From an uncultured Verrucomicrobiota bacterium (GTDB taxonomy: Bacteria; Verrucomicrobiota; Kiritimatiellia; RFP12; UBA3636): a stretch of 59,845 nt of DNA. Within the stretch, counting starts at the first letter, position 1. The number at the start of each line of letters is the position of its first letter. A model generated the notes under the pieces. That model did not search any database. It was not told the DNA's origin and was given only the letters and a program-made list of their open reading frames with translations. Below, piece after piece: positions 18,533 to 27,732 of the stretch. Location of the stretch: positions 1 through 59,845 of the forward strand of contig CAMVRE010000003.1 of NCBI GenBank assembly GCA_947169825.1, given 5' to 3'. A program made the translations under genes and the position numbers.

Positions 18533-19915
18533 ATGAACAATCCGCTCGTAAATCGCGCCATCGCCGAAACCATGCTTCTTGTCTCCTTCGTCCTAGCCAC
18601 AGGCTGGACCGCAAAGAGGTCCGACTCGGACCGTGGAAGCGACTTCGACCATGTCGGCAGCTACTATGCCCCGAAATACTATGGCTCTGGCGGATCCTAC
18701 GGCTCCTCCGGCGGATCCTACGGCTCCTCCGGCGGATCCTATGGCTCCTCGGGCGGATCCTACGGCTCCTCCGGCGGATCCTACGGCTCCTCGGGCGGAT
18801 ACTACGGCTCCTCGGGCGGATACTACGGCTCCTCGGGAGGGGCCATTTCCGACATGGTTTCCCACCGTTTCGACCGTTTCGACACCGACGAGGAAGTCGT
18901 CGAAGAATACTACGCGGACTGGCAAGAAGCGCCCCACTCCTCCTATTCCTCGCGCAGAACCATTCCGGGGGCGGCGGGGGAGGAGCCGCTGGCGTTCACG
19001 AAGGGGGATCTCTGGTTTCAATGGAAAGCACCCCAGGACGGCCCCGTTTCGTTCAGCACTCGCGGAAGCCAATCGACGCCCGAGTGGGGCTGCGACACGC
19101 GGCTTGCCGTCTACCGTCTCGTCTCTCCGCAATCGCTGCTGAATTCGGGGGCCTATGGGTATTACTGGTATTATGACGAGAACAATCAAGATTGGTCTAC
19201 AAGTTATGCGGAGTATACGACCGGGACGGCCAACAATGATTGGGATGTGCTGTATGACGCCAATGGCAACAAGGTCGATCGGTACGCCATTCCGGACGGC
19301 ACGTCATGGGGGCTGGAAATGGCATCCAACGAGGACGAGGAATCCAACATCTACGAATGCACGAGCCTGGCGGGGTTCTCTGCCGAAAAAGACTCCTCCT
19401 ATGTCGTCAAAGTGGAGGCCTGGGATCCCGGCGAGGTTCGCCTCGCCTGGCACATGGACGGAAACGAGGCGGAGGTTGCGAAGTCCGTCCACCGCTTCTA
19501 TTCCAAGAACTACAAAGGTCATTTCTACACGATGGACGAGGACGAGAAGGACAGCCTCATCCGTACGAACCCGAACTGGAGGTACGAAGGCGAATCCTAT
19601 GCGTCCAACTATGATGGCGGCGGCCGCCTCGTGCCCCTCTACCGCTTCTACTCCAAAGGCTACAGGGCGCACTTCTTCACCATCGACATAGACGAGCGGG
19701 ACGAACTGATCCTCACCAACCCGAACTGGAAGTTCGAAGGGATCGCCTATTACGTGCTGGACGGTCCCACCGAGGACACCCAGCCCGTCCATCGCTTCTG
19801 GTCCAAGGAATACCGCCACCACTTCTACACGATGGACGAAGCCGAGAAGGACAACCTGATCGCGACGAATCCGCATTGGAAGTACGAGGGAATCGCCTAT
19901 TATGCGGTTCCATGA
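18533..19915 (+). CDS. Secreted protein with GGSYGSS repeats, a PPC-like domain and DUF5648 x3 (no extra C-terminal domain)
   Basis: The hydrophobic N-terminus follows ATG 18533. Contains DLWFQWKAP.DG.VSFSTRGS..DTRLAVY and three DUF5648 repeats, ending IAYYAVP-TGA. Confidence 0.85.
   Translation: MNNPLVNRAIAETMLLVSFVLATGWTAKRSDSDRGSDFDHVGSYYAPKYYGSGGSYGSSGGSYGSSGGSYGSSGGSYGSSGGSYGSSGGYYGSSGGYYGSSGGAISDMVSHRFDRFDTDEEVVEEYYADWQEAPHSSYSSRRTIPGAAGEEPLAFTKGDLWFQWKAPQDGPVSFSTRGSQSTPEWGCDTRLAVYRLVSPQSLLNSGAYGYYWYYDENNQDWSTSYAEYTTGTANNDWDVLYDANGNKVDRYAIPDGTSWGLEMASNEDEESNIYECTSLAGFSAEKDSSYVVKVEAWDPGEVRLAWHMDGNEAEVAKSVHRFYSKNYKGHFYTMDEDEKDSLIRTNPNWRYEGESYASNYDGGGRLVPLYRFYSKGYRAHFFTIDIDERDELILTNPNWKFEGIAYYVLDGPTEDTQPVHRFWSKEYRHHFYTMDEAEKDNLIATNPHWKYEGIAYYAVP
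18689..18835 (+). repeat. 21-bp coding tandem repeat x7
   Basis: GGCGGAT(C/A)CTA(C/T)GGCTCCTC(C/G) x7, encoding (GGSYGSS)5(GGYYGSS)2. Confidence 0.95.
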
Positions 19916-20027
19916 GCCTTCGACCCTTTCCCGCTGCGCCGCCCGCCGAAACCGGACGGCGCTCTTTTCCGTACTCCCGAAACCCGCTTTCCCTCCCACC
20001 CTGTTCCCAACGAGGAGCATCCCCGCC

Positions 20028-23000
20028 ATGAACCAGTGCCATGCCCATCCCGTCCGCCCCTTCACTTCACAGGGTTCCGGTCTTCATCCCTGCCGAGCCT
20101 ACTCCGCGTTTCCCCGCGCGGGAGTCGCCTTCCGCCTTTTCGCCATTGCCGCGGCTGTGTTCACGGCTGCATCCGCAGGGGCGATGACGGACCGCGAGGA
20201 AATGGAGTTGGCCACATCCGGTAAGACTAATGTCAAGAAGGCTTCTTCTGAAGGGTATTCGGAGAAACCGACGCCGAGCGATACACTTTTCACGAACGGA
20301 TGGTCCGCGACTATTGGGCAGTACCTTGGATATGGAAACGAAATCACAATTCCAATCGACATTGAGAGGTTTTTTGGAAACAAGCAAAAACTTATTGCAA
20401 GTGGCGCTCTTCCGGATCATGCGGAACTAACGTTGTATGCGTTTGACGTCGATGAAGACACAACCCCTGGACGCCCAGAGGAAGACAAGGTCTATTTCAA
20501 TGGCCACTATATTGGTACATTGACAGGTCACAATAACGCTTGGAGACAAAATACATTCCCAGTTCCCATTGAACTGGTCAATCTCCCCACTTCACCAGGC
20601 GACAAGGCCGAGAATGTCATTCGCATTGAGATCGACGTCTACACAAAAATGGATTGGTGTGTTCAAATTGATTGGGCCGCGCTTGAAATTCCAGCGGCAC
20701 CGCCTGTCATTGTTTCTCATGGAATTGATGACAATGAAAAAGGGATGGGTGATTTGGTGAAAGAAATTGAATCGTTGGGGTTGCCAGTCCATGCATTCGA
20801 CTATCAGCGTGAGGGGTATTCCTCCATTCAATCCGGTGCATTCGAGCTAAAACAGCAAATTGACACTTGGCTAGGTAATTGGAACGTTGACAAGGTTACA
20901 ATTGTTGCCCATTCAATGGGAGGCCTGAAAGCTCGCCATTACATTTCCGAATACGATTGGGGGGGAAGGACGGTTGATCGAATCCTTCAAATCGCTACTC
21001 CTAATGGTGGCTCCGATCTTGCAAAAACAGGCGGTCTCCTCAACTGGGGTAGAATCATATGGAATGTTGGTACTTTTGACCCCTGGGAAGCATGGACTGT
21101 ATGGAAACCTGCATTTCGTGATTTGACGAAGGAAAACATGGCAACATACAACGCAGCGCATCCGCTTTCCGACAATGTCAAGTATTGTGTCCTTGCAGGA
21201 AATTGCAATCCAAAATGGAAGCATTTTTGGCAAAATTTCAACTCGAAATATAGACTCATTGAATTTAGCGAAGGGGATGGGGCAGTTTCTGTTGAAAGCG
21301 CGCACACCATGGTTCCGCGACTTGCGGGGTCGGCCATCCAAGACATCAGGGCAACGCATGGTGGACTTGTCATGTATAATCCTCCAAGAGGAGGGCAAGG
21401 AATGGTACATGAGGTAGTTTATGGCTATCTCAAGAAACAACTTGTCGAAAGACGAAGCAGCTTTGGATCTGGAGTTTGCTCCCCGTCGAATAAAACGAAG
21501 ATGTCCACCACCCCGAAGAGATCAACACTATCCGAAGATGCGTCTGCTTGGTCAAGTGCCTCCTCGATTATCATGTCTGGCCCCAAAATGGCCTCCTCTC
21601 AAACCACCAAGATTGAATTTCCCATCAGGAAAAGCAATGCCGCCTTCGTTCAGCTTATGATTGATGGCAATGACTCTACCTACTTGCTGTTGCGCTCTCC
21701 GAATGGTTCTGTTATTTCTGAAAGCGATGATACAACCCTCATCGCCAATGACGGGTCAAGCACCATCATTGTCCTTGCCAACCCTCTCCCCGGAACATGG
21801 AAACTGGAATTCAAGACGGCCGATTCCAATGGCTTGTGGTCTGTTTTAGTGCAAGAGGCCGATTCGGGCATTGAGTTGAATCCAGAATTGGCGGCGGAGA
21901 CAGTTCGCGTCGGCAACTCGTTCTCCATCACAATGCGACCGAAGGTGGATGGCAAAACTCAGACAGGCCTTCCATGTTCTGTTGTAGTGTTAAGACCTGA
22001 CAAAACCTCGGCAACCTATGCGCTTCGCCACACGGGCGGCGGCGTCTATTCGGCATCGATACCCGCCTCGGCGGAAGGAATATATCCCATGCTTGTGCAG
22101 GCGACGATTGAGGGAACAACGTATTCGTGCAGCCTCTACGGCACGGCGTACACGTCCTCCGCGACCATCGGCGCGGACGCGGGGAGCGGTCCCGTGGACG
22201 AGGACGGCGACGGAATGAACGACTGGCTCGTCGCGAAGGTGGGCATTTCGGACCGGGATTCATCCAAGGCGTATCGCGTCCTCGCGGAACTGGTCGATGC
22301 CAACGGCGACCACATCGAATGGGCTTCGGGAACGGCCGAGGCCGGAGCGTCCTATGCGGAGCTGTATTTCAACGGCGCGCACATCTTCGACTACGGAAGG
22401 ACCGCGAAATACGTCATCACCGACGTCCGTCTCTTCGAGATGGGCGACGACTGGGAGGCGCAGACCGACGCCCGGTCGAACTGGCTGGAACTGGACGGTT
22501 CGTCCTGGGCGCGATACGAGCACGAGCTCATGACGGTCGTCGGCACCGGCGAGGATTCGGTCGTTCGTCCGGGCGGAGCCACGACGGGCGATCTTTCCGT
22601 CGGACTGGATGTCGCGTTCGATGCGTCGGTTTCGGGTTCCTACGACTTCAGCGCGTCGCTCCGGGCGCAGGACGGCACACTTGTCGCCTCGGCGTACGGA
22701 ACGGCGACGCTGACCACGTCCCTCGCCGAGGGCGTGGACGTCCGGCGCGTCGCAATGACCTTCCCCGGAGAGGAGATCGTGGCGGCGGGGCTGGAAGGCC
22801 CCTGGACCGTCACGGACGTCCTGTTCTGGAACTCCTCCCACGAGCTGTCCCCCGAGGGCGAGTACGAAACCTCCGTCCGGAACCTTTCGAGCCTGCAAAG
22901 CGGCTACGATCTGGCGTTCGCGTTGACGGGAAGACTCGTCGGCGACTGGCCGGAGGCCGTCTACCTCTCCGGCACGCCGAGCGAGAAAGGCAGCGAGACG

Positions 23001-25196
23001 CCGGTCCGCCGTTCCTTCCTCGTGGGCGAGACGATCTTCCCGCACGTCGCGTTCGCGAACGTCGGCACGCAGGCGATTCCCGCGACGCCCTTCAACATCC
23101 GGTTCCGCGTCCTGGACGAACTCGGCAACGCCGTCGCCACCTGGAACTACAACGAGGACCACGCCATCGGCGTGAACGCCTTCCGCTACTGGTACCAATA
23201 TGCGTGGCCTGGCATCCAGCGGCTTCCCGTCGGGCGCTACACCTACACCGTGGAGCTCGACACGGGGGGCGCCATTCCCGAGTCCGACGAGACGAACAAC
23301 GCCGTTTCCATCCCCTTCAAGGTCGTGACGGCGATACCGCCGGACAACGACGACTTCGCCGACGCCGTTCCCCTCTTTGGCGCCGTCGCCGCCACGCGCG
23401 GCTCCAACGTCAACGCCACGCGCGAGGACGGGGAGCCGGTTCCGGAGGCGCAATACAGGGTGTCGGGTTCGGCCTGGTGGTCGTGGACGGCCCCGGAGGA
23501 CGGCGACTACTGTTTCTCGACCGAAGGTTCGGATTTCGACACCGTTCTGGCCGTGTACGCGGGAGACGGCTGGGGCGCCCTGGCGGAAGTCCGCAGCAAC
23601 GACGACATTCAGGAAAATGTCTTGAGCAACAGCATCCTCTGGATCACGAACGTCACCGCCGGAACCACCTATTTCGTCTCCGTGGCCGGCTATGCCGCCC
23701 AGTCCGGGAACATTCGCCTTTCCATCCAGCCCGACGTCGGGTACCGGTCCGCCCGCGAAGCGAGGATACAGGAGGGCGCGGACTGCTACCATCTGCCATT
23801 CATCACCGACGACGACACGCCGTGGGATGGATTCGGGCTTTCCGATGCATTCGGAAAGGACGCCGTTCGCAGCGGGTCGATCGGCGACGATGACCTCAGT
23901 CTTCTGGCGACAACCCTGTCCGGTCCGGGGATCATGACATTCTATTGGAAGGTCTCCAGCGAGCAAAAGTTTGACACTCTCGAGTTCTATCTCGACAACG
24001 AGCGCGTTCCCGGAACGCTTTCCGGCGTTGGTGGAAAATGGCGGTACGAAGCGTTCAAGGTGACCGGAAGCGGCGACCATTCCGCGTTCTGGTTCTATGG
24101 CAAGGACTGCGAGGGCTCTGCCGGGGACGATTGCGGATGGATCGATCAGGTCGTCTGGGTGGCGGACTCCCCTCTGACTCCGGTCTACCGCTTCTACTCG
24201 AAGAGCTACAAGGGTCACTTCTTCACGACGGACCGGCCTGAACGCGACAATCTCATCCTTTCGAATCCCAACTGGAACTACGAGGGTGCGGCCTTCTTCA
24301 CCTACGAAAGCCGGGCCGCCGGCACCGTTCCGGCCTACCGTTTCTACTCGAAGGCCTACCGGGGGCACTTCTACACGATCGACGAACAGGAAATGACCTC
24401 CATCCGGGCGACCAATCCGAACTGGCGGTACGAGGGAGTCGCCTACTATGTCCGCTCCACCCCGGGCGCTGGCACGATGCCGGTCTATCGTTTCTGGAGC
24501 AAGACCTATCGCCACCACTTCTTCACGACGGACGAGGCGGAGAAGGACAACTTGATCGCAACGAACCCGAACTGGAAGTACGAAGGCATCGCCTACTATG
24601 CCTGGGCGACGCCCGAAGAGGCCGCCGGGGCGGGTGTCGGCGCCACGTCCTCGAAATATGCCGTCCGTCCCGCATCGGCAGCGGATTCGGCGGACGAGGC
24701 GCATTCCGCCGAAACCAAGGAGGCCGCAGCTTCCGCGCATGTCACGGGAACGCCGTCGGACAGTCTTTCGGACGTGGATCCCTCCGTTGCCGGAACGGCG
24801 TCCCCCGCCGCGGTTGCCGCCACCGGAACCGATTCCGCGGGCGCGGTTCTCCCGTTGTGGACCCTTTCGGTACTTCCCGACGAAATCGACCTCGCGCCGG
24901 GCGAGACCGTTCTTGCGGACGGGTTCTTGATCGAGGCGAGGACCGACGAACCGGACGAAGCCGTCGACGGCGAAGCCTCCGTCGCCGGGGCCGATGATGC
25001 CGTCGATCTCCGGCTCTCGCTGCCGGAAGGAACGTTCACCATCCTGTTCGGATGCGACGGGACCATCCTCCTCGATGCACAGGAAAGCGAGGGGGCCTTC
25101 GACTTCACGCTGCCGGCAGGCGGCGGATGGCATTGGCTGTATGTTCTCGACGGGGAGAATCAGGAGTCCTCCACCCTTTGGATTCGCGCCGACTAG
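20028..25196 (+). CDS. Secreted alpha/beta-hydrolase (lipase/PGAP1-like) multidomain protein with CARDB/PPC-like domains, DUF5648 x3 and the shared C-terminal domain
   Basis: GAGGAG SD 10 nt before ATG 20028. Motifs VSHG, AHSMGG nucleophile elbow, IATPNGGS, GDGAV and THGGL. Three DUF5648 repeats; ends STLWIRAD. Confidence 0.85.
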   Translation: MNQCHAHPVRPFTSQGSGLHPCRAYSAFPRAGVAFRLFAIAAAVFTAASAGAMTDREEMELATSGKTNVKKASSEGYSEKPTPSDTLFTNGWSATIGQYLGYGNEITIPIDIERFFGNKQKLIASGALPDHAELTLYAFDVDEDTTPGRPEEDKVYFNGHYIGTLTGHNNAWRQNTFPVPIELVNLPTSPGDKAENVIRIEIDVYTKMDWCVQIDWAALEIPAAPPVIVSHGIDDNEKGMGDLVKEIESLGLPVHAFDYQREGYSSIQSGAFELKQQIDTWLGNWNVDKVTIVAHSMGGLKARHYISEYDWGGRTVDRILQIATPNGGSDLAKTGGLLNWGRIIWNVGTFDPWEAWTVWKPAFRDLTKENMATYNAAHPLSDNVKYCVLAGNCNPKWKHFWQNFNSKYRLIEFSEGDGAVSVESAHTMVPRLAGSAIQDIRATHGGLVMYNPPRGGQGMVHEVVYGYLKKQLVERRSSFGSGVCSPSNKTKMSTTPKRSTLSEDASAWSSASSIIMSGPKMASSQTTKIEFPIRKSNAAFVQLMIDGNDSTYLLLRSPNGSVISESDDTTLIANDGSSTIIVLANPLPGTWKLEFKTADSNGLWSVLVQEADSGIELNPELAAETVRVGNSFSITMRPKVDGKTQTGLPCSVVVLRPDKTSATYALRHTGGGVYSASIPASAEGIYPMLVQATIEGTTYSCSLYGTAYTSSATIGADAGSGPVDEDGDGMNDWLVAKVGISDRDSSKAYRVLAELVDANGDHIEWASGTAEAGASYAELYFNGAHIFDYGRTAKYVITDVRLFEMGDDWEAQTDARSNWLELDGSSWARYEHELMTVVGTGEDSVVRPGGATTGDLSVGLDVAFDASVSGSYDFSASLRAQDGTLVASAYGTATLTTSLAEGVDVRRVAMTFPGEEIVAAGLEGPWTVTDVLFWNSSHELSPEGEYETSVRNLSSLQSGYDLAFALTGRLVGDWPEAVYLSGTPSEKGSETPVRRSFLVGETIFPHVAFANVGTQAIPATPFNIRFRVLDELGNAVATWNYNEDHAIGVNAFRYWYQYAWPGIQRLPVGRYTYTVELDTGGAIPESDETNNAVSIPFKVVTAIPPDNDDFADAVPLFGAVAATRGSNVNATREDGEPVPEAQYRVSGSAWWSWTAPEDGDYCFSTEGSDFDTVLAVYAGDGWGALAEVRSNDDIQENVLSNSILWITNVTAGTTYFVSVAGYAAQSGNIRLSIQPDVGYRSAREARIQEGADCYHLPFITDDDTPWDGFGLSDAFGKDAVRSGSIGDDDLSLLATTLSGPGIMTFYWKVSSEQKFDTLEFYLDNERVPGTLSGVGGKWRYEAFKVTGSGDHSAFWFYGKDCEGSAGDDCGWIDQVVWVADSPLTPVYRFYSKSYKGHFFTTDRPERDNLILSNPNWNYEGAAFFTYESRAAGTVPAYRFYSKAYRGHFYTIDEQEMTSIRATNPNWRYEGVAYYVRSTPGAGTMPVYRFWSKTYRHHFFTTDEAEKDNLIATNPNWKYEGIAYYAWATPEEAAGAGVGATSSKYAVRPASAADSADEAHSAETKEAAASAHVTGTPSDSLSDVDPSVAGTASPAAVAATGTDSAGAVLPLWTLSVLPDEIDLAPGETVLADGFLIEARTDEPDEAVDGEASVAGADDAVDLRLSLPEGTFTILFGCDGTILLDAQESEGAFDFTLPAGGGWHWLYVLDGENQESSTLWIRAD

Positions 25197-27685
25197 TCTG
25201 CGGGAGCCTCCTGCATTCGTCTTTCCGGATTCGGAGCATTCTCCGCATCCGGACGGCGCGGGACGTCGTTGGCTCCCTTCTCCTGCTCTCCGTCTTGCTT
25301 TCGTTCCCGGCGGCGGCGCGTCCCGTCGCCGAAACGGAGGCGGCGGTTGCCGCCATGGCCTGGCTTTCCCGTGCGCCGAACCCGCTTGGCGAACGGCTGG
25401 CGGGGGTGCCGAACGAGGAGACGGAGGTCCATGCGGTGCGCGGCTCCGACGGAGAGGCGCTCTTCCACGTCGTCCGAATGCCGGAGGGCGGAGTCGTCGT
25501 CACCTCGGCGGAAACGGGCATCGAACCGATCATCGCGTTTTCCGGAGCAAAGGACGCCAGGGTGTCCGAGGACGGTCCGCTTTGCGCCATTCTGGCGTCG
25601 GACCTAGCGGCGAGAACGGAGCAGATTCGGCGGACGCGGACCATCAAGCGGGCGATGCCTCCCGGCGCCGCGGACGCCATTGCCGAGGCGGAGTCCGCCT
25701 GGGCGGTTCTGCTGTCGGGTGGGAAGTATCGCAGGTTTTCCATTTCCGACATGCGCGTCGCACCGCTTCTTGAGACCTCCTGGGGGCAGGACGAAGACGA
25801 AGAAGGGCAGGCTTGCGCCAACTACTACACGCCGAATGGCTACGTCTGCGGATGCGTCGCCCTCGTCGGCGCCCAAATCGCCAGATTTTGGCGGTTTCCG
25901 ACCGAATCCCGTCCTTCCGTGGAACGGACGTGCTCCGTATCCGGGAGGAGAAGATCGTTCGCGACCATGGGGGGGACCTATTCGTGGAACGACATGCCGT
26001 CGACATTCTCCTCCCTGTCCCTCAGGCAACGCGAGGCCATCGGGAAGCTCTGCTACGACTTCGGCGTGGCAACGTACATGGACTGGGACCCGAGGGGATC
26101 CGGAACGGGCGGATTCTGCCTTGACGATGCTTTCACGACCGTGTTCGGCTACGCCAATTCCCGCGTGTATGCCGGGGAGCCGGGCGGAGCCTTCTCGCAG
26201 GACATCATCGAACGGACGGTTCTAGCGAATTTGGACGCCGGTTGTCCCGTTGCGCTTGGCCTCGACGGGCATGAGGTGGTCGCCGATGGCTACGGCTATG
26301 CCTCCGGAACGCTCTACACGCACCTGAACATTGGATGGAACGGGGATGATGACGCCTGGTACCATTTGCCCGTGGTGGACGGCTACACCTATCGGAGCTC
26401 GGTTCTCGACGAAGTTGTATATAACGTATTCCCCGAAAAGACGGGCGACTTGCTGACGGGACGCGTTCTGGACGAGAGCGGCCAACCGGTGGCGGGCGCA
26501 ACGGTTTCCGCCGGGGAGGCGATGGCCAGAACCAATGGAAAGGGAATCTGGGCGTTGTGGATCGAGGGCGGCGCGACATGGGACGTCGAGGCGCGGATGG
26601 GCGACCTTGCCGCAGGCTGCACGGTAGATGTCGGGCGCAGCGTTTCGTCAAGAGTGACGGAAGATTCCGTTTGGGAGCGAACCGGAAATCCTGGCAACAG
26701 CTGGGGCAACGACATCGTGCTTCCGGGCCTCGTGACGGAACAACCGCTGCCGGTTTTCCGCTTCTACTCGAAGAACTACCGTGGACACTTCTTCACCATC
26801 GACGAGAAGGAGAAGAACATCCTGATCGCGACGAACCCGAACTGGAAATACGAGGGCGAAGCCTACCGGGCGTTCATGGAGGAAGCGCCGGGCACGACGG
26901 CGCTTTACCGGTTCTACTCGAAGGGCTACCGCGGGCACTTCTTCACGGTCGACGCCGAGGAGGCGGAAACGGTGAAGAAGAACCCGAACTGGAAATACGA
27001 AGGCATCGCCTACTACGTGTATCCGGAGAAGGTCGAAGGCTCCGTGCCGGTGTTCCGGTTCTGGAGCAAGGCCTACCGCCACCACTTCTACACGACCGAC
27101 GAGGCCGAGAAGGACACGCTGATCGCCACGAACCCGAACTGGAAGTACGAGACCGTCGCCTTCTGGGCGCTGCCCGCGGAGGACGACAAGGCGAAATTCG
27201 CAATGCGCAAGGCCCAAGACGCAATGCGCAATGCAGAAATCCTCATGCTGAATGAGGAACCGGACGCACCGGGATTCGCACTGGAAACGGAAGACGGGGA
27301 GCGGATCGCCACGCCGGGCGTGGCCAAGGTCGGGAATGCGCTCCTCGAGACACGCGGAGAGGCGCCGGACGCCGCGGAGCTTGCCTCTCACGCAGAGAGC
27401 GCAGCGTTCAAATCTCACGCAGAGAGCGCAGAGAACGCAGAGTCTTCTTCTCACGCGGAGTCCGCGGAGGTCACGGAGGCCCTTCCCTTCCGTCTGGCGC
27501 TGCCCACCGGCGTCTGGAGCGCTTCGCTCTGGAGCGCCGCGGAAGGCATGCTCGAAGAGGAGGAGGCCGAAGGCGCCTTCGACTTCGCCCTGCCCGCGAC
27601 CAGCGTCTGGCACTGGCTCCGCGTCCGCGACGCGGCGGACGAGGACGCCGACAACGCCTTCTCCCTCTGGCTCCGCGCGGAGTAG
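25178..27685 (+). CDS. Second secreted C10 cysteine peptidase with DUF5648 x3 and the shared C-terminal domain (start codon uncertain)
   Basis: Signal peptide LLLLSVLLSFPAAA and Spi-like prodomain. Catalytic motifs WGQD, CGCVALVGAQ, DGHEVVADGY and HLNIGWNG. There is no in-frame ATG or GTG between the upstream stop and the signal peptide, so TTG 25178 (AGGAG upstream) is a tentative start. Confidence 0.8.
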   Translation: MDSRRLVCGSLLHSSFRIRSILRIRTARDVVGSLLLLSVLLSFPAAARPVAETEAAVAAMAWLSRAPNPLGERLAGVPNEETEVHAVRGSDGEALFHVVRMPEGGVVVTSAETGIEPIIAFSGAKDARVSEDGPLCAILASDLAARTEQIRRTRTIKRAMPPGAADAIAEAESAWAVLLSGGKYRRFSISDMRVAPLLETSWGQDEDEEGQACANYYTPNGYVCGCVALVGAQIARFWRFPTESRPSVERTCSVSGRRRSFATMGGTYSWNDMPSTFSSLSLRQREAIGKLCYDFGVATYMDWDPRGSGTGGFCLDDAFTTVFGYANSRVYAGEPGGAFSQDIIERTVLANLDAGCPVALGLDGHEVVADGYGYASGTLYTHLNIGWNGDDDAWYHLPVVDGYTYRSSVLDEVVYNVFPEKTGDLLTGRVLDESGQPVAGATVSAGEAMARTNGKGIWALWIEGGATWDVEARMGDLAAGCTVDVGRSVSSRVTEDSVWERTGNPGNSWGNDIVLPGLVTEQPLPVFRFYSKNYRGHFFTIDEKEKNILIATNPNWKYEGEAYRAFMEEAPGTTALYRFYSKGYRGHFFTVDAEEAETVKKNPNWKYEGIAYYVYPEKVEGSVPVFRFWSKAYRHHFYTTDEAEKDTLIATNPNWKYETVAFWALPAEDDKAKFAMRKAQDAMRNAEILMLNEEPDAPGFALETEDGERIATPGVAKVGNALLETRGEAPDAAELASHAESAAFKSHAESAENAESSSHAESAEVTEALPFRLALPTGVWSASLWSAAEGMLEEEEAEGAFDFALPATSVWHWLRVRDAADEDADNAFSLWLRAE
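26936..27685 (+). repeat. Near-identical 750-bp repeat, copy 2 (3' end of the second C10 gene)
   Basis: Matches 15316-16065. Confidence 0.9.
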
Positions 27686-27732
27686 GCGAGTCGGGTCCGG
27701 GAAAAGCACAAGACCAAACAAGAGATGTCGCC

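Noticed and set aside
15316-27685. Near-identical repeat pair as a DGR template/variable region
   Set aside because: The nine differences are not adenine-specific (they include T/G, T/C and G/C), both copies are coding, and there is no reverse transcriptase in the window.
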